Shown one piece after another: positions 9,569 through 22,116 of a stretch of 64,000 nt of DNA (positions within the stretch are counted from its first letter, which is position 1; the number at the start of each line of letters is the position of its first letter). A model generated the notes under the pieces. It saw only the letters and a list, made by a program, of their open reading frames with translations, was not told where the DNA came from and did no database searches. This stretch comes from Nannocystis bainbridge. GTDB taxonomy: Bacteria; Myxococcota_A; Polyangia; Nannocystales; Nannocystaceae. The stretch is taken from NCBI RefSeq assembly GCF_028368995.1, contig NZ_JAQNDL010000002.1, positions 1,120,001-1,184,000 of the forward strand, given 5' to 3'. Position numbers and translations under genes: made by a program.

Positions 9569-10084
9569 ATGCGCCCCGCCACCGTCGTCGCCTCGCCGCT
9601 CGATGGCCCGTACAGCCCCGCGCTGCTCGGTCTTTCGGCCGCCACGTCGTCGCCGTGGAGCGCCGGCGAACCGGTCGCCCGGTGGCTCGCCGCGTGTCGC
9701 TGCGTCGCCGGGCGCTGGAGCGTGCGGCTCGAGCTGCGCGGCTCCCCGCGCGTCAGCGACGATCTCGACCTCGCGCGCGACGAGCAGGACCGCTTGCTCG
9801 GATTGTGGGGGCAGGGCGACCAGATCGGCCACTTCGAGCGGCTGGGCCTCGCCCCGACCGGCGACGACGCCGCGATCCGCCGCGCCTGGCTCGAGACCTG
9901 TCGTCAGCTGCACCCGGACCGTTACTACGGCAAACGGCTCGGGGCGTTCGCGGCGATCCTCGCCGAGCTCTTCGATCGCGCGCGAGCCTCTGCCGAGCTC
10001 CTCGGCGACCCGCGGCGTCGGGCCCGCTACCTGGCGGAGCTCGAAGCTGTTGTGCGCGACGAGGCCGACACCAAAGCGCTCTGA
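9569..10084 (+). CDS. J-domain-containing protein (start uncertain)
   Basis: HFERLGL...IRRAW...LHPDRY...LGDPRRRARY J-domain with HPD; directly upstream of an Hsp70 gene. Confidence 0.75.
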   Translation: MRPATVVASPLDGPYSPALLGLSAATSSPWSAGEPVARWLAACRCVAGRWSVRLELRGSPRVSDDLDLARDEQDRLLGLWGQGDQIGHFERLGLAPTGDDAAIRRAWLETCRQLHPDRYYGKRLGAFAAILAELFDRARASAELLGDPRRRARYLAELEAVVRDEADTKAL

Positions 10085-10155
10085 CCATGTGTTTCTACAC
10101 ACGATTTTTTGCGCGGCAGCTCACGCCCCGAGCGTGGTAGGTCTGCGACCTCGTC

Positions 10156-11997
<1,842 letters not shown>

Positions 11998-12022
11998 AGC
12001 GAAGCGCGTCGCCGCGCGCAGT

Positions 12023-12290
12023 GCAGCATGCGCAAGAGCGGCGAGTCGCCGATGGCGCAGCGCCGACGCAGCATGTGCCGACACAGCCTATGCAGATGAG
12101 CGGCGCGCAGCATGATGGTGCCCGAGCGGCGTCGAAGCAGGATGTGCGTACGAGCGGCGTAGAGTCGATGCGCAGCATGTTCGTGCCCGAGCGACGCTTG
12201 GCTGATGCGAAGCGATTCCTTGTCAGCGACGCCCCGCGCTGACGTGCAGCATGTTCGTGCACGAGTGTTGCCGATGCACGCAGCGTGATG
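12023..12290. repeat. Degenerate GCAGCATG-centred intergenic repeat
   Basis: GCAG(C/G)ATG at 12023, 12068, 12107, 12137, 12172, 12246; gcagcatgttcgtgcNcgag occurs twice. Confidence 0.6.
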
Positions 12291-12297
12291 ACCAGAA

Positions 12298-12437
12298 TGT
12301 TCGATGGGACATGTCCTTCATGACATGTCGAGAATGTTGAGGCTGTGCTGACCGCGCGCGCGGCCGCGTGACTGAAGTAGCGCCTCTCCGTCTCACCGCA
12401 GGCGCTGCATGCACCTCTGAACATGTCCTTCAGGACA
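12298..12437. repeat. Two short arrays of the 14-bp palindrome upstream of pyrK
   Basis: tgttc-gatg-ggaca/tgtcc-ttca-tgaca (12298-12325); tgcac-ctct-gaaca/tgtcc-ttca-ggaca (12410-12437). Confidence 0.8.
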
Positions 12438-12663
12438 CCTTCACAGCGCCCGCGCGCTATGAACTCGCCGCGACGGCGGCGCCGCAGCGGTCGGCGCCGG
12501 GAGCGATCGCGGGCCGGGGCTCATGCCACGGCGCGCGTGATCGAACCCGCGGACCGGCAAGACGAGCAGGCCTTGCGAATGCGGCCTCCTGCGTGCGGCT
12601 CCGCGCGCAAGGTCACGCTCCGCGCGCTTGTCTGGGGCGCGGGGCTGGCCTATTTCGCCCGCG

Positions 12664-13470
12664 ATGACCGCTGCTCAGTTCGAGGTGCGCGTCGAGGCCA
12701 ACCGTCGCCTCTCGGGCGGCTACTTCTTGCTCGAGCTCGCCGCCGCGGCGCCGACGCCGATGGCCGACGCGGTCCCGGGGCAGTTCGTGATGCTGCGCGG
12801 CGAGTGGGGCAGGGAGCTGCTCAACCCGCGGGCCTTCTCGATCCTCGACGTGCCCGATCCGACGCGCTTCTCGATCCTCGCCAAGGTCTACGGCGAGGGC
12901 ACGCGGCGGCTCAAGCGGGTCGAGCCCGGCGACCGCCTCGTCACCACCGGTCCGCTCGGGGCCGCGTTCCCGCGCCCGGGCGGACCGACGCGCGACCTGC
13001 TGGTCGCCGGCGGCGTCGGTCTGCCGCCGCTCCACTTCTACGCGCGCATGGCCCATCGAGCAGGTCTCTCGGGACATGTCGAAATGTTCTACGGCGGCCG
13101 CGACCGCGACGACCTGGTGCTGCTCGACGACCTCGAGGCGTGGGGCGTCCCCACCAACCTGGCCACCGAGGACGGCAGCGCCGGCGTGCGCGGCTACGTG
13201 ACCGCCGCCCTCGGGCCGCGCCTCGACGCCGCCGCGCGCACGGGCGAGGCGGTGCGGGTGCTCGCGTGCGGGCCGACGCCGATGCTGGCCGCGGTCCGCC
13301 GCCTGGTGCTCGAGCGCGGGGTGCAGGCGTTCCTCTGCCTCGAGGAGAACATGGCCTGCGGCTTCGGCGTGTGCCTCGGCTGCGCCGTGCCGGTCTACGG
13401 CGCCAAACCTTACCGCTACTGCTGCACCGACGGCCCGGTGTTCGACGCTCGCGAGGTGCGCTGGCCATGA
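12664..13470 (+). CDS. pyrK: Dihydroorotate dehydrogenase B electron-transfer subunit
   Basis: PGQFVML, RAFSI, GPLG, VAGGVG, CGPTPM, MACGFGVCLGC...CTDGPVF 2Fe-2S motif. Confidence 0.93.
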   Translation: MTAAQFEVRVEANRRLSGGYFLLELAAAAPTPMADAVPGQFVMLRGEWGRELLNPRAFSILDVPDPTRFSILAKVYGEGTRRLKRVEPGDRLVTTGPLGAAFPRPGGPTRDLLVAGGVGLPPLHFYARMAHRAGLSGHVEMFYGGRDRDDLVLLDDLEAWGVPTNLATEDGSAGVRGYVTAALGPRLDAAARTGEAVRVLACGPTPMLAAVRRLVLERGVQAFLCLEENMACGFGVCLGCAVPVYGAKPYRYCCTDGPVFDAREVRWP

Positions 13471-14438
13471 CCGAAGGCATCGACCTCACCACTTCGTGCG
13501 GCCCGATCGCGCTGCGCACCCCGATCCTCGCGGCCTCGGGCTGCTTCGCCTACGGCCAGCAGTTCGCCGCCTTCACCGACCTGCGCGCGCTCGGCGGGAT
13601 CTCGACCAAGGGCATCTCGCCGCTGCCGCGCTTCGGCAACCCGCTGCCGCGGATCTGCGAGACAACCGGCGGGATGCTCAACTCGATCGGGCTCGAGAAC
13701 GTCGGCGTCGAGTCGTTCCTGCGGGACAAGCTGCCGTTTCTGCGCGACCTCGGCGTGTCGGTGTGGGTCAACTTCTTCGGCGTCGACTTCGAGACCTACG
13801 TCGACTGCGCGCGCCAGTTGAGCGCGGGGCAGGGCATCGACGCGCTCGAGATGAACATCTCGTGCCCCAACATCAAGAAGGGCGGCATCGAGTTCGGCAC
13901 CGTCCCCGAGGTCGCGCACCGGCTCACCCGCGCCGTGGTCGAGGCCTCGAGCGTCCCGATCATCGTCAAGCTGAGCCCGAACGTCAGCGACATCGTCGCC
14001 ATGGCCGACGCGGTGCAGAAGGCCGGCGCCGCGGGCGTGTCGCTGATCAACACGATTACCGGCATGGCGATCGACGTGCGCACGCGCCGGCCGAAGATCG
14101 CCACCACCTACGGCGGCCTCTCGGGCCCCGCGATCAAGCCGATCGCCCTGCGCATGGTCCATCAAGTCGCGCGCGCGCTGCCAGATCTCCCGATCTGCGG
14201 CATGGGCGGGATCCTCAGCGGCGAGGACGCGCTCGAGTTCCTGATGGCCGGTGCGCGCTGCGTGCAGGTCGGCACCGCCAACTTCGCCGAGCCCGGCGCG
14301 TGCGTGCGCATCACCGAGGAGCTCGGCGCCCTGCTGCGCACGCTCAAGTTCCCGTCGGCGCGCGCGGCGATCGGCTGCCTCGAGCCGCACGCGGCCGAGC
14401 CCGAGCACCTGGCCGAGTCGCCGTGGTGCTCGAGCTAG
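13467..14438 (+). CDS. pyrD: Dihydroorotate dehydrogenase B catalytic subunit
   Basis: AASGCF, GMLNSIGLEN, EMNISCPN, VKLSPN, LINT, GGLSGPAIKP; ATGA overlap with pyrK. Confidence 0.95.
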   Translation: MTEGIDLTTSCGPIALRTPILAASGCFAYGQQFAAFTDLRALGGISTKGISPLPRFGNPLPRICETTGGMLNSIGLENVGVESFLRDKLPFLRDLGVSVWVNFFGVDFETYVDCARQLSAGQGIDALEMNISCPNIKKGGIEFGTVPEVAHRLTRAVVEASSVPIIVKLSPNVSDIVAMADAVQKAGAAGVSLINTITGMAIDVRTRRPKIATTYGGLSGPAIKPIALRMVHQVARALPDLPICGMGGILSGEDALEFLMAGARCVQVGTANFAEPGACVRITEELGALLRTLKFPSARAAIGCLEPHAAEPEHLAESPWCSS

Positions 14439-14828
14439 ACGCCGCGCCCTGACCGCGCGGCTCGCCCGCGCAGGAGGTCGCCCGGCTCGCTGGCGTCGGC
14501 CTTCGCGCTCGCAGGGGGAGCGACTCACGCCGCCGCCGCGGCTGGTCGACGCCCGTGCGAGTGGGCTCTCGTTCTCTTGCAGCCTCGTCATGCAGCACAT
14601 GGGGCGGGGAGAGCGAGCCTGGTCTTTGGGTCAGGCGATGCAGCGCCGCCGGCGCGCCGCCAGTGTGCGTCCCCCGGCGATGTAGGTGTCGCGTGATTGT
14701 TCGGTGCGGAGCGGTGTCTTCCTCGCGGTCCTGCCGCGGCCACGGGCGCGCGCGTCCACGCGCGAGGGCGGGGGACCGCGCCGCCGCTTGCGGCCAAAAC
14801 CCGGCCTCGGATACGCTGCCGGTCGCCG

Positions 14829-15710
14829 ATGACGGATCGTGAAATTCCCTGGCGGGCTCGCCTCGCGGCCGCAGTCCTCGACGTTTCACCCGATTGGGGT
14901 GCGAGCGCTGCCAGCAAGGCTCTAGGCGCGGCCGCTCGTGCTCGTCTGCCGCGCCCGCTGAGCCGCGCGTTCGTCTCTGCCTATGTCCGCTTCTTCGGCG
15001 TCGACCTCGAGGATGTCGAACCGCGCTCGGTGCAGGACGGCTACGACAGCTTCAACGCCTTCTTCACCCGCCGCCTGCGACCGGGCGCGCGGCCGGTCGA
15101 CGCGCGGCGCGACGTCCTGAGCGCCCCGTGCGACGGCTTGCTCCGCGGCATCGCGCCGATCGAGCGCGACACCGCGGTGGTCGCCAAGGGTCACCAGTAC
15201 ACGCTGGGCGAGCTGCTCGCTGACGACGCGCTCGCCGAGTCGTTCCTCGGCGGCCTGGCCTCCACCATCTATTTGCATCCGCGCGACTACCACCGCGTGC
15301 ACACGCCGTGCGACGGCACTGCGCAGCGCGTGATCGCGGTGCCGGGCCGGCTGCTCCCGGTCACTGCCGCCGCGCTCGAGCGGGCGCCGCGGCTGTTCGC
15401 CCTCAACGAGCGGCTGATCCACGTGCTCGACACCTCGTTCGGGACGATCGCCGTGGTGATGATCGCCGCCTTCGGCGTTGGCCACATGAGCTGCGCCTAT
15501 CGCCACATCGCGCCGCATCCGCGCGAGATCCAGCGCGTCGAATGCGAACCGCCGGTGCGCCTGCGCAAGGGCGACGAGCTCGGCGTGTTCCACCTCGGCA
15601 GCACCGTCGTGGTGTTGACCCAGGCCGGCGTCGGCCCGCTCGCGCCGACCGACGAGCCCACCGTCGTGCGCATGGGCCAGCCCCTCTTGCAGCGAGGCGA
15701 CGTCGCATGA
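14829..15710 (+). CDS. psd: Phosphatidylserine decarboxylase proenzyme
   Basis: SFNAFFTRRL, YLHPRDYHRVH, NER, GDELGVFHLGSTVV (LGST cleavage motif). Confidence 0.92.
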   Translation: MTDREIPWRARLAAAVLDVSPDWGASAASKALGAAARARLPRPLSRAFVSAYVRFFGVDLEDVEPRSVQDGYDSFNAFFTRRLRPGARPVDARRDVLSAPCDGLLRGIAPIERDTAVVAKGHQYTLGELLADDALAESFLGGLASTIYLHPRDYHRVHTPCDGTAQRVIAVPGRLLPVTAAALERAPRLFALNERLIHVLDTSFGTIAVVMIAAFGVGHMSCAYRHIAPHPREIQRVECEPPVRLRKGDELGVFHLGSTVVVLTQAGVGPLAPTDEPTVVRMGQPLLQRGDVA

Positions 15711-17419
15711 CTTGGCAGGTATCACCCGAGGAGTGGCTGCTCGACTTCACGATCATTCCGCGCGGCCTCGCGCGCGGCAACGACTCGCTCGATGTGATCG
15801 ACGATCGCCTGCGGACCATGCTGACGCCCCCGGGTCCACCGGCGGGGATCATCATCCCGACGATCACCGCGCCCACGCGTCCCGCGAAGTCCGCCACGGG
15901 GCCGCTCCCCTCGGCCTCCGCGAAGCAGCCCACCGGCCCCAAACCCGTCGCTGCGCCGCTCTCGGAGCCTGCCGCGGGCAGCGGCCTCAGCATCGAGCTG
16001 CGGCCGGTCGGCCCGGCGGCGCCGAGCCCGACCCCGCCCGAGAAGGGTGCGAGCGTGGTCATCCCGTCGCTCACCCGGCCGGGAGGCGCGCTCGTCGACG
16101 ATGACGACGACGACGCGATGGCGCTCGAGCGCCTCGTGCCCGCCGGCGCCGAGCCCAGCCCGCGTGACGACGACGTCGATGACGTGATGTCGGCGGTGGC
16201 CTCCTCTGCGTCGCTCCTGCCAGTCGGCGCCGAGGCCGAGGCCGAGCCGGACGTGGACGAAGAGGATCCCGAGGAGGAGATCCAAGCGGCTGAGCCCGAC
16301 GCCGCCGAGGCTGAGGACGACGCCGAGATCGAGGACGACGAAGAGATCGAGGTCCAGGAAGAGGTCGTCGAGGCGCGACCCGCGCCCGTCGTCGAAAAGC
16401 CCGTGCCGCCCCCACGTCAGCTGACCGGCCCAGTCCCGGCCGCCGAAAAGCTGGGCCCGCCGCGCCCTCCCGCTGGGGCATCGCCAGCAGCGTCCGAAAA
16501 GTCGGGGCCGCCGCGGCCACCGCCGACGCCGGAAAAGGCCGGGCCGCCGCGACCGCCGCCGACCGCCGCCGAGAAGCCGGTCGCCCCGCCGCGCCCGCCG
16601 CCCGAAAAGGCGCCCCCGTCGAAGCCGACGTCGTCCACCGCGCCCCGCAGCGACGGCCGCAAGCGCCGCAACTGGCACGAAGAGGTCTTCGGCGACCACT
16701 ACGCCGCGATCTTGCCGGTCGACGCCGACGCCAGCGCCGAGATCGACGCCGCGTTCGTGCAGAAGTCGCTCGATCTGGCGAACGGCCAGACCCTCCTCGA
16801 CGTCGGCTGCGGCGACGGCCGCCACGCCACCGCTTTCGCCGCCCTGGGGCTCGATGTCACGGGCCTCGACAACTCGATGCCGCAGCTGCTGCGGGCGGCG
16901 CGGCGCAACGAGGCCAGCCGCTTCAACTTCGACATCCTGCACGGCGACATGCGTAACCTGCCGCGCGACCGCACGTACGACGCGGTCACCTGCCTGGGCA
17001 GCAGCTTCGGCTACTTCGAGAGCGACGAGCAGAACCGGCAGTGCCTACAGGACATGGTCGAAGTGCTCAAGCCGGGCGGCAAGCTCGCGCTGCAGCTCTT
17101 CAACCGCGACTACCTCATGGGGGTCCTGCCGTGTCGGTCGTGGTGGCAGGGCCGGGGCTGCCTGGTGCTCGACGTTGCAGACATGCAATTTTCCACCGGG
17201 CGCGTGCGGATCCACCGGACGGTCGTCTTCGAGGACGGCCGTCAGTTCGAGCACCACATCTCGATCCGCGCCTACTCCGCACACACGCTGGCGAAGATGC
17301 TGCCGACGATGGGGGCCCGCGTGATCGAGCTGTCGGGCAGTCGTGACACTCGCGGCCGCTTCTATGGCGGCGCCTCGCCCGAGATCTGGATCTTCGCCCA
17401 GCGTCGCGACGACGTCTGA
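15707..17419 (+). CDS. Class I SAM-dependent methyltransferase with a long acidic/Pro-rich N-terminal region
   Basis: C-terminal LLDVGCGDGRH, GDMR, SFGYF, LKPGG; ATGA overlap with psd. Confidence 0.85.
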   Translation: MTWQVSPEEWLLDFTIIPRGLARGNDSLDVIDDRLRTMLTPPGPPAGIIIPTITAPTRPAKSATGPLPSASAKQPTGPKPVAAPLSEPAAGSGLSIELRPVGPAAPSPTPPEKGASVVIPSLTRPGGALVDDDDDDAMALERLVPAGAEPSPRDDDVDDVMSAVASSASLLPVGAEAEAEPDVDEEDPEEEIQAAEPDAAEAEDDAEIEDDEEIEVQEEVVEARPAPVVEKPVPPPRQLTGPVPAAEKLGPPRPPAGASPAASEKSGPPRPPPTPEKAGPPRPPPTAAEKPVAPPRPPPEKAPPSKPTSSTAPRSDGRKRRNWHEEVFGDHYAAILPVDADASAEIDAAFVQKSLDLANGQTLLDVGCGDGRHATAFAALGLDVTGLDNSMPQLLRAARRNEASRFNFDILHGDMRNLPRDRTYDAVTCLGSSFGYFESDEQNRQCLQDMVEVLKPGGKLALQLFNRDYLMGVLPCRSWWQGRGCLVLDVADMQFSTGRVRIHRTVVFEDGRQFEHHISIRAYSAHTLAKMLPTMGARVIELSGSRDTRGRFYGGASPEIWIFAQRRDDV

Positions 17420-17946
17420 TCGCCGTCCGAACGTCGCGCAGGGCTAGCTTGCTCGCGCGACAGCGATGTCAGAGGGAATGACAGCGGTGTCTCGCGGGTT
17501 TCGAACCCGTGACCCCGCGTCGTGCCTGTGGAGGAAGATCACGAGCGCTGTGGCCGCGATGCCCTGGACGGGGCGGCGGTCCGTACCCAGTTTGGGTCAA
17601 GTCCGCGGAACGAGCCTCTGTTGCGTCGTCAAGGCTCTTGCGTGCGGTTCCATGTGAGACAAAGCGTCCGAGAAGCACCTACATCTGCGCAGGTCTACGG
17701 ACGCAGAGGGTGATGAAACTTCCACCTCGGACTTGCGTAGGACCTTGAAGCAGAAGGCCCCGAAACGGTGCCTAACAAGAGGTCCTCCAGTGATCCTGGC
17801 CGAGCCTGGCGACACTACCATCGCAGGCCCGAATCACGCGAAGCCGTTTCTATCCGCCGTACACGACTATTCCGCGCTTTCCGCGACGCGAATTCCCGCC
17901 CCTTGGCTTGGCCCGAAACTAGCACCCCAACCGAACGAGGTCGATC

Positions 17947-19302
<1,356 letters not shown>

Positions 19303-19354
19303 AGCCCTGAGCCCTCGCGGCTCGCGCCGGCGCGCCTGGTGGTATGTTCCCACC

Positions 19355-19741
19355 ATGCGCGCCGGTCTTCGCTTTCTCGTCCTCACGTCCGTCGCCCTCG
19401 CGTGCGGCCGGGCGACCGAGATGCGCGTCGAGCCAGCGAACGGCGAGAGTGACGGCGGCCAGACGGTCCGCCTGGTCGGCTCCGATTTCCTCGGCCACGG
19501 CCCCGCGGTCGTCTACCTCGGGATGCGTTCGGCCCGCGCGGTGGTCCTCGAGGACGATCATCACATCTCGCTGAAGACGCCGGAGGCCGAAGGATTCGGC
19601 GCCGTCGATGTGCGAGTCGAGTTCGCCGACGGCACCTCACACACGCTGCCGCAGGCGTTCACGTACCGCCAAGTCGAGGGCAAGCCGCTGCGGCCGGTCC
19701 TCTTCAAGCCGGGCACCGCGCCCGTGCCGACCGCGAAGTGA
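19355..19741 (+). CDS. IPT/TIG-domain lipoprotein
   Basis: ALAC lipobox; VEPANG..GGQTVRLVGSDF...AFTY pattern. Confidence 0.75.
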   Translation: MRAGLRFLVLTSVALACGRATEMRVEPANGESDGGQTVRLVGSDFLGHGPAVVYLGMRSARAVVLEDDHHISLKTPEAEGFGAVDVRVEFADGTSHTLPQAFTYRQVEGKPLRPVLFKPGTAPVPTAK

Positions 19742-19908
19742 GAGCTCGGCGCTGGCGAGCTCGTCCTCGTCAAGCCGGGTGCCGCGCCCGTGCCGACCGC
19801 AGTGTGAGAGCTCGGCGCTGGCGACGAGTGAGCTCGTCTCGGGCCCTCACGCGAGGACAAGGCGAGGGCAGGCCGCTGCGGCCGACCCTCTTCAAGCCGG
19901 GCGCACTG
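19684..19908. repeat. Local duplications of the IPT gene 3' end
   Basis: tcaagccggg..ccgcgcccgtgccgaccgc....gtgagagctcggcgctggcga repeated at ~19770; gccgctgcggccg..cctcttcaagccgggc repeated at ~19872. Confidence 0.75.
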
Positions 19909-19909
19909 C

Positions 19910-21001
19910 TCAGCTCTCGCGCACGTGGAACAGCTGCTGGCCGATGAGCAGCAGGCTGCCGAACGGGACGCACTGGCCGCTGCGCACGCGCAGGTAGGTG
20001 CCGTTGGACGAGCCGCGGTCCTCGAGGAACACGCCGTCGTCGTCGCCGCCGACCCGGCAGTGGGTGCTCGAGACGTAGCCGTCGGTCGGGAAGGTGAGGT
20101 CGCCTCGCTCGCGGCCGACGATGAACTCGTTGCCGACGATCGGCACGGCCTCGCACGCGCGACCACCATCGACGATGACGCTGATCCGACCCCAGTAGCC
20201 CGGATTGGGGCTGCCCATGCGCTCGGTGCCGTCGGCCAGCGCTTCGGCTTCGGGCAGGTCCTCGTAGTAAAGGAGCTCCTGGCCGACGCGGAAGGTGTCG
20301 CCGTGCTGCAGCTCGATGCGCCCCTCGATCTTGCGGTAGACACCGTTGACCGGGCTGAGATCGTCGACACGCACGCCATCGGCCTCGACCGAGAAGGCGC
20401 AGTGCTTGGGGTTGAGATAGAAGTCCTGATCGAACGGCGCGCCGGAGTCACGACCGAAGGGGATCGGGCCGTCCTCGAGGTCGATGGTGCCGCCGTCGCT
20501 GCCGTCCTCGCGCAGCAAGTGGAGGCACGCGCGCAGCTTGGGCTTCGACGACGACGCCGCGGCGGGCCGAGCCGTGACGGGCGGGGGCGTGACAGCCGCG
20601 GGCGGCGGTGTCGTGGGGGCGGCGTTCAGCCGGTTGCCGCAGCGCCCGCAGAACAAGAACCCCGGCGGATTGACCATGCCGCACGCGTTGCAACCGTTCG
20701 ACGCGGCCTCGACCGGCGCGCTGGCGGCGGGGCTCGGCGGGGTGACGGCGGGCGGAGCGGCGAGGGGCGGTGTAACGACGGGCGGCGGGGCCTTGGCGAT
20801 CGGCGGCTTCGGCGGATCGATCACGGTGCCGCTCGACGAAGTCGGCGACGCGACGGGCGGGGTGATCTGCGTGCCCGCAGGCGTATGATTCGAGCGCGGC
20901 GGCACCGACGCGGGCGCGCCTCCGGGCAGGCGCGCGCCACACCCGAGGCAGAACTTGTAGTGGTCCTGATTCTCCTTGCCGCAGTTCGGACAGATGATCA
21001 C
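19910..21001 (-). CDS. Double zinc-ribbon plus tandem FHA domain protein
   Basis: CPNCG..FCLGCG and CNACG..FCGRCG; FHA motifs VGRE, VSSTHC, GSSNGTY. Confidence 0.88.
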   Translation of the reverse strand: MIICPNCGKENQDHYKFCLGCGARLPGGAPASVPPRSNHTPAGTQITPPVASPTSSSGTVIDPPKPPIAKAPPPVVTPPLAAPPAVTPPSPAASAPVEAASNGCNACGMVNPPGFLFCGRCGNRLNAAPTTPPPAAVTPPPVTARPAAASSSKPKLRACLHLLREDGSDGGTIDLEDGPIPFGRDSGAPFDQDFYLNPKHCAFSVEADGVRVDDLSPVNGVYRKIEGRIELQHGDTFRVGQELLYYEDLPEAEALADGTERMGSPNPGYWGRISVIVDGGRACEAVPIVGNEFIVGRERGDLTFPTDGYVSSTHCRVGGDDDGVFLEDRGSSNGTYLRVRSGQCVPFGSLLLIGQQLFHVRES

Positions 21002-21052
21002 AACAGAGGCCCCTTCTTCAGGCCGCGACGGGCCGTGAAGCGAAGTGTTCGC

Positions 21053-22081
21053 TTACGAGATCTCGACGCGCAGCAGCTGCTGGCCGATGAAGATGTAGTC
21101 GCCGTGGAACAGCTCGACGGCGCCCTTGATCCGCACGAAGGTGCCGTTGCGCGAGCCGGTGTCGGTCAAGATGATGTGGTGCGAGTCGGACGCCGAATCG
21201 AGGCGCGCGTGGCGGCCCGAGATGAAGCGGTCCTGCGGGAAGTTCATGTGGTTGGCTTCGCGCCCGAGCGTCAGCGTGGTGGCCTGGGCCGAGACGATGC
21301 GACCCTCGCCGCCGCCCGCGAGCAGCTGGACGACGCGGAAGCGCGCGTCGGGCCGCGGGCTGGTGTAGCTGTAGGTGTGGTTGGCGTCGGGGCCGGGCTC
21401 GTTGAAGGGCGCGCTGTCGAGGCGGAGTAGCTGCTCGCCGACGAGGAAGCAGTCGCCGTGATCGAGCGGCACCGGCGACTTGATCCGCACGAACACGCCG
21501 TTGATGCTGCCGAGATCCTTGGCGAACAGGCGGTTGCCCTGGACGCTGAAGAGGGCGTGCTCGGGGCTGAGGAAGAAATCCTCGTTGAAGCGGATTTCGC
21601 CGGTGCTGCGACCTACGACATGGTTGGTGGCGCTGAGGTGATAGGTGACGCCGTCGCCGCCTTCACCCTTGATGACCACCAGCCGCGGCACGACGTGCTG
21701 CTGCTGCAGAGCGCCGAAGAACATGGTCTTGGCGGCGGGCTTGCCCTGCGACGCCTCGAGCGGGGCGCCGGTGACGGCGTTGAAGCGCGGCTGGGCGGCA
21801 GGGGGCGCGGCGGTGACCGGCTGAACGCTGGAGATCACCGTGGAGGGCGGCTTCACCGGGCTGCTCTGCGACGTCGCGGCCGGGGAGGGCAGCGGGACGG
21901 TGGCCGGCGAGGACGCGGCCGCGTTCGCCTGGGTGATCGGACGCGCAGCCGCGCCGAGACCCAGCAGCACCGCCGACGGCGGGATCGGTTGCGGCGCGAG
22001 GACGCCAGCGCACCGGTCGCAGACTACGGCGCGCAACTGGTTGAGGTGGCCACACACCGAACAGGCAAGGCCCAGTTCCAT
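21053..22081 (-). CDS. Zinc-ribbon plus tandem FHA domain protein
   Basis: CSVCG..CDRC; VGRS..LSPEH..GSINGVF and LGRE..ISGRH..GSRNGTF. Confidence 0.88.
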   Translation of the reverse strand: MELGLACSVCGHLNQLRAVVCDRCAGVLAPQPIPPSAVLLGLGAAARPITQANAAASSPATVPLPSPAATSQSSPVKPPSTVISSVQPVTAAPPAAQPRFNAVTGAPLEASQGKPAAKTMFFGALQQQHVVPRLVVIKGEGGDGVTYHLSATNHVVGRSTGEIRFNEDFFLSPEHALFSVQGNRLFAKDLGSINGVFVRIKSPVPLDHGDCFLVGEQLLRLDSAPFNEPGPDANHTYSYTSPRPDARFRVVQLLAGGGEGRIVSAQATTLTLGREANHMNFPQDRFISGRHARLDSASDSHHIILTDTGSRNGTFVRIKGAVELFHGDYIFIGQQLLRVEIS

Positions 22082-22116
22082 GACCCGGGGATCCTCATCC
22101 GCGCGTGGCCTCGTTG

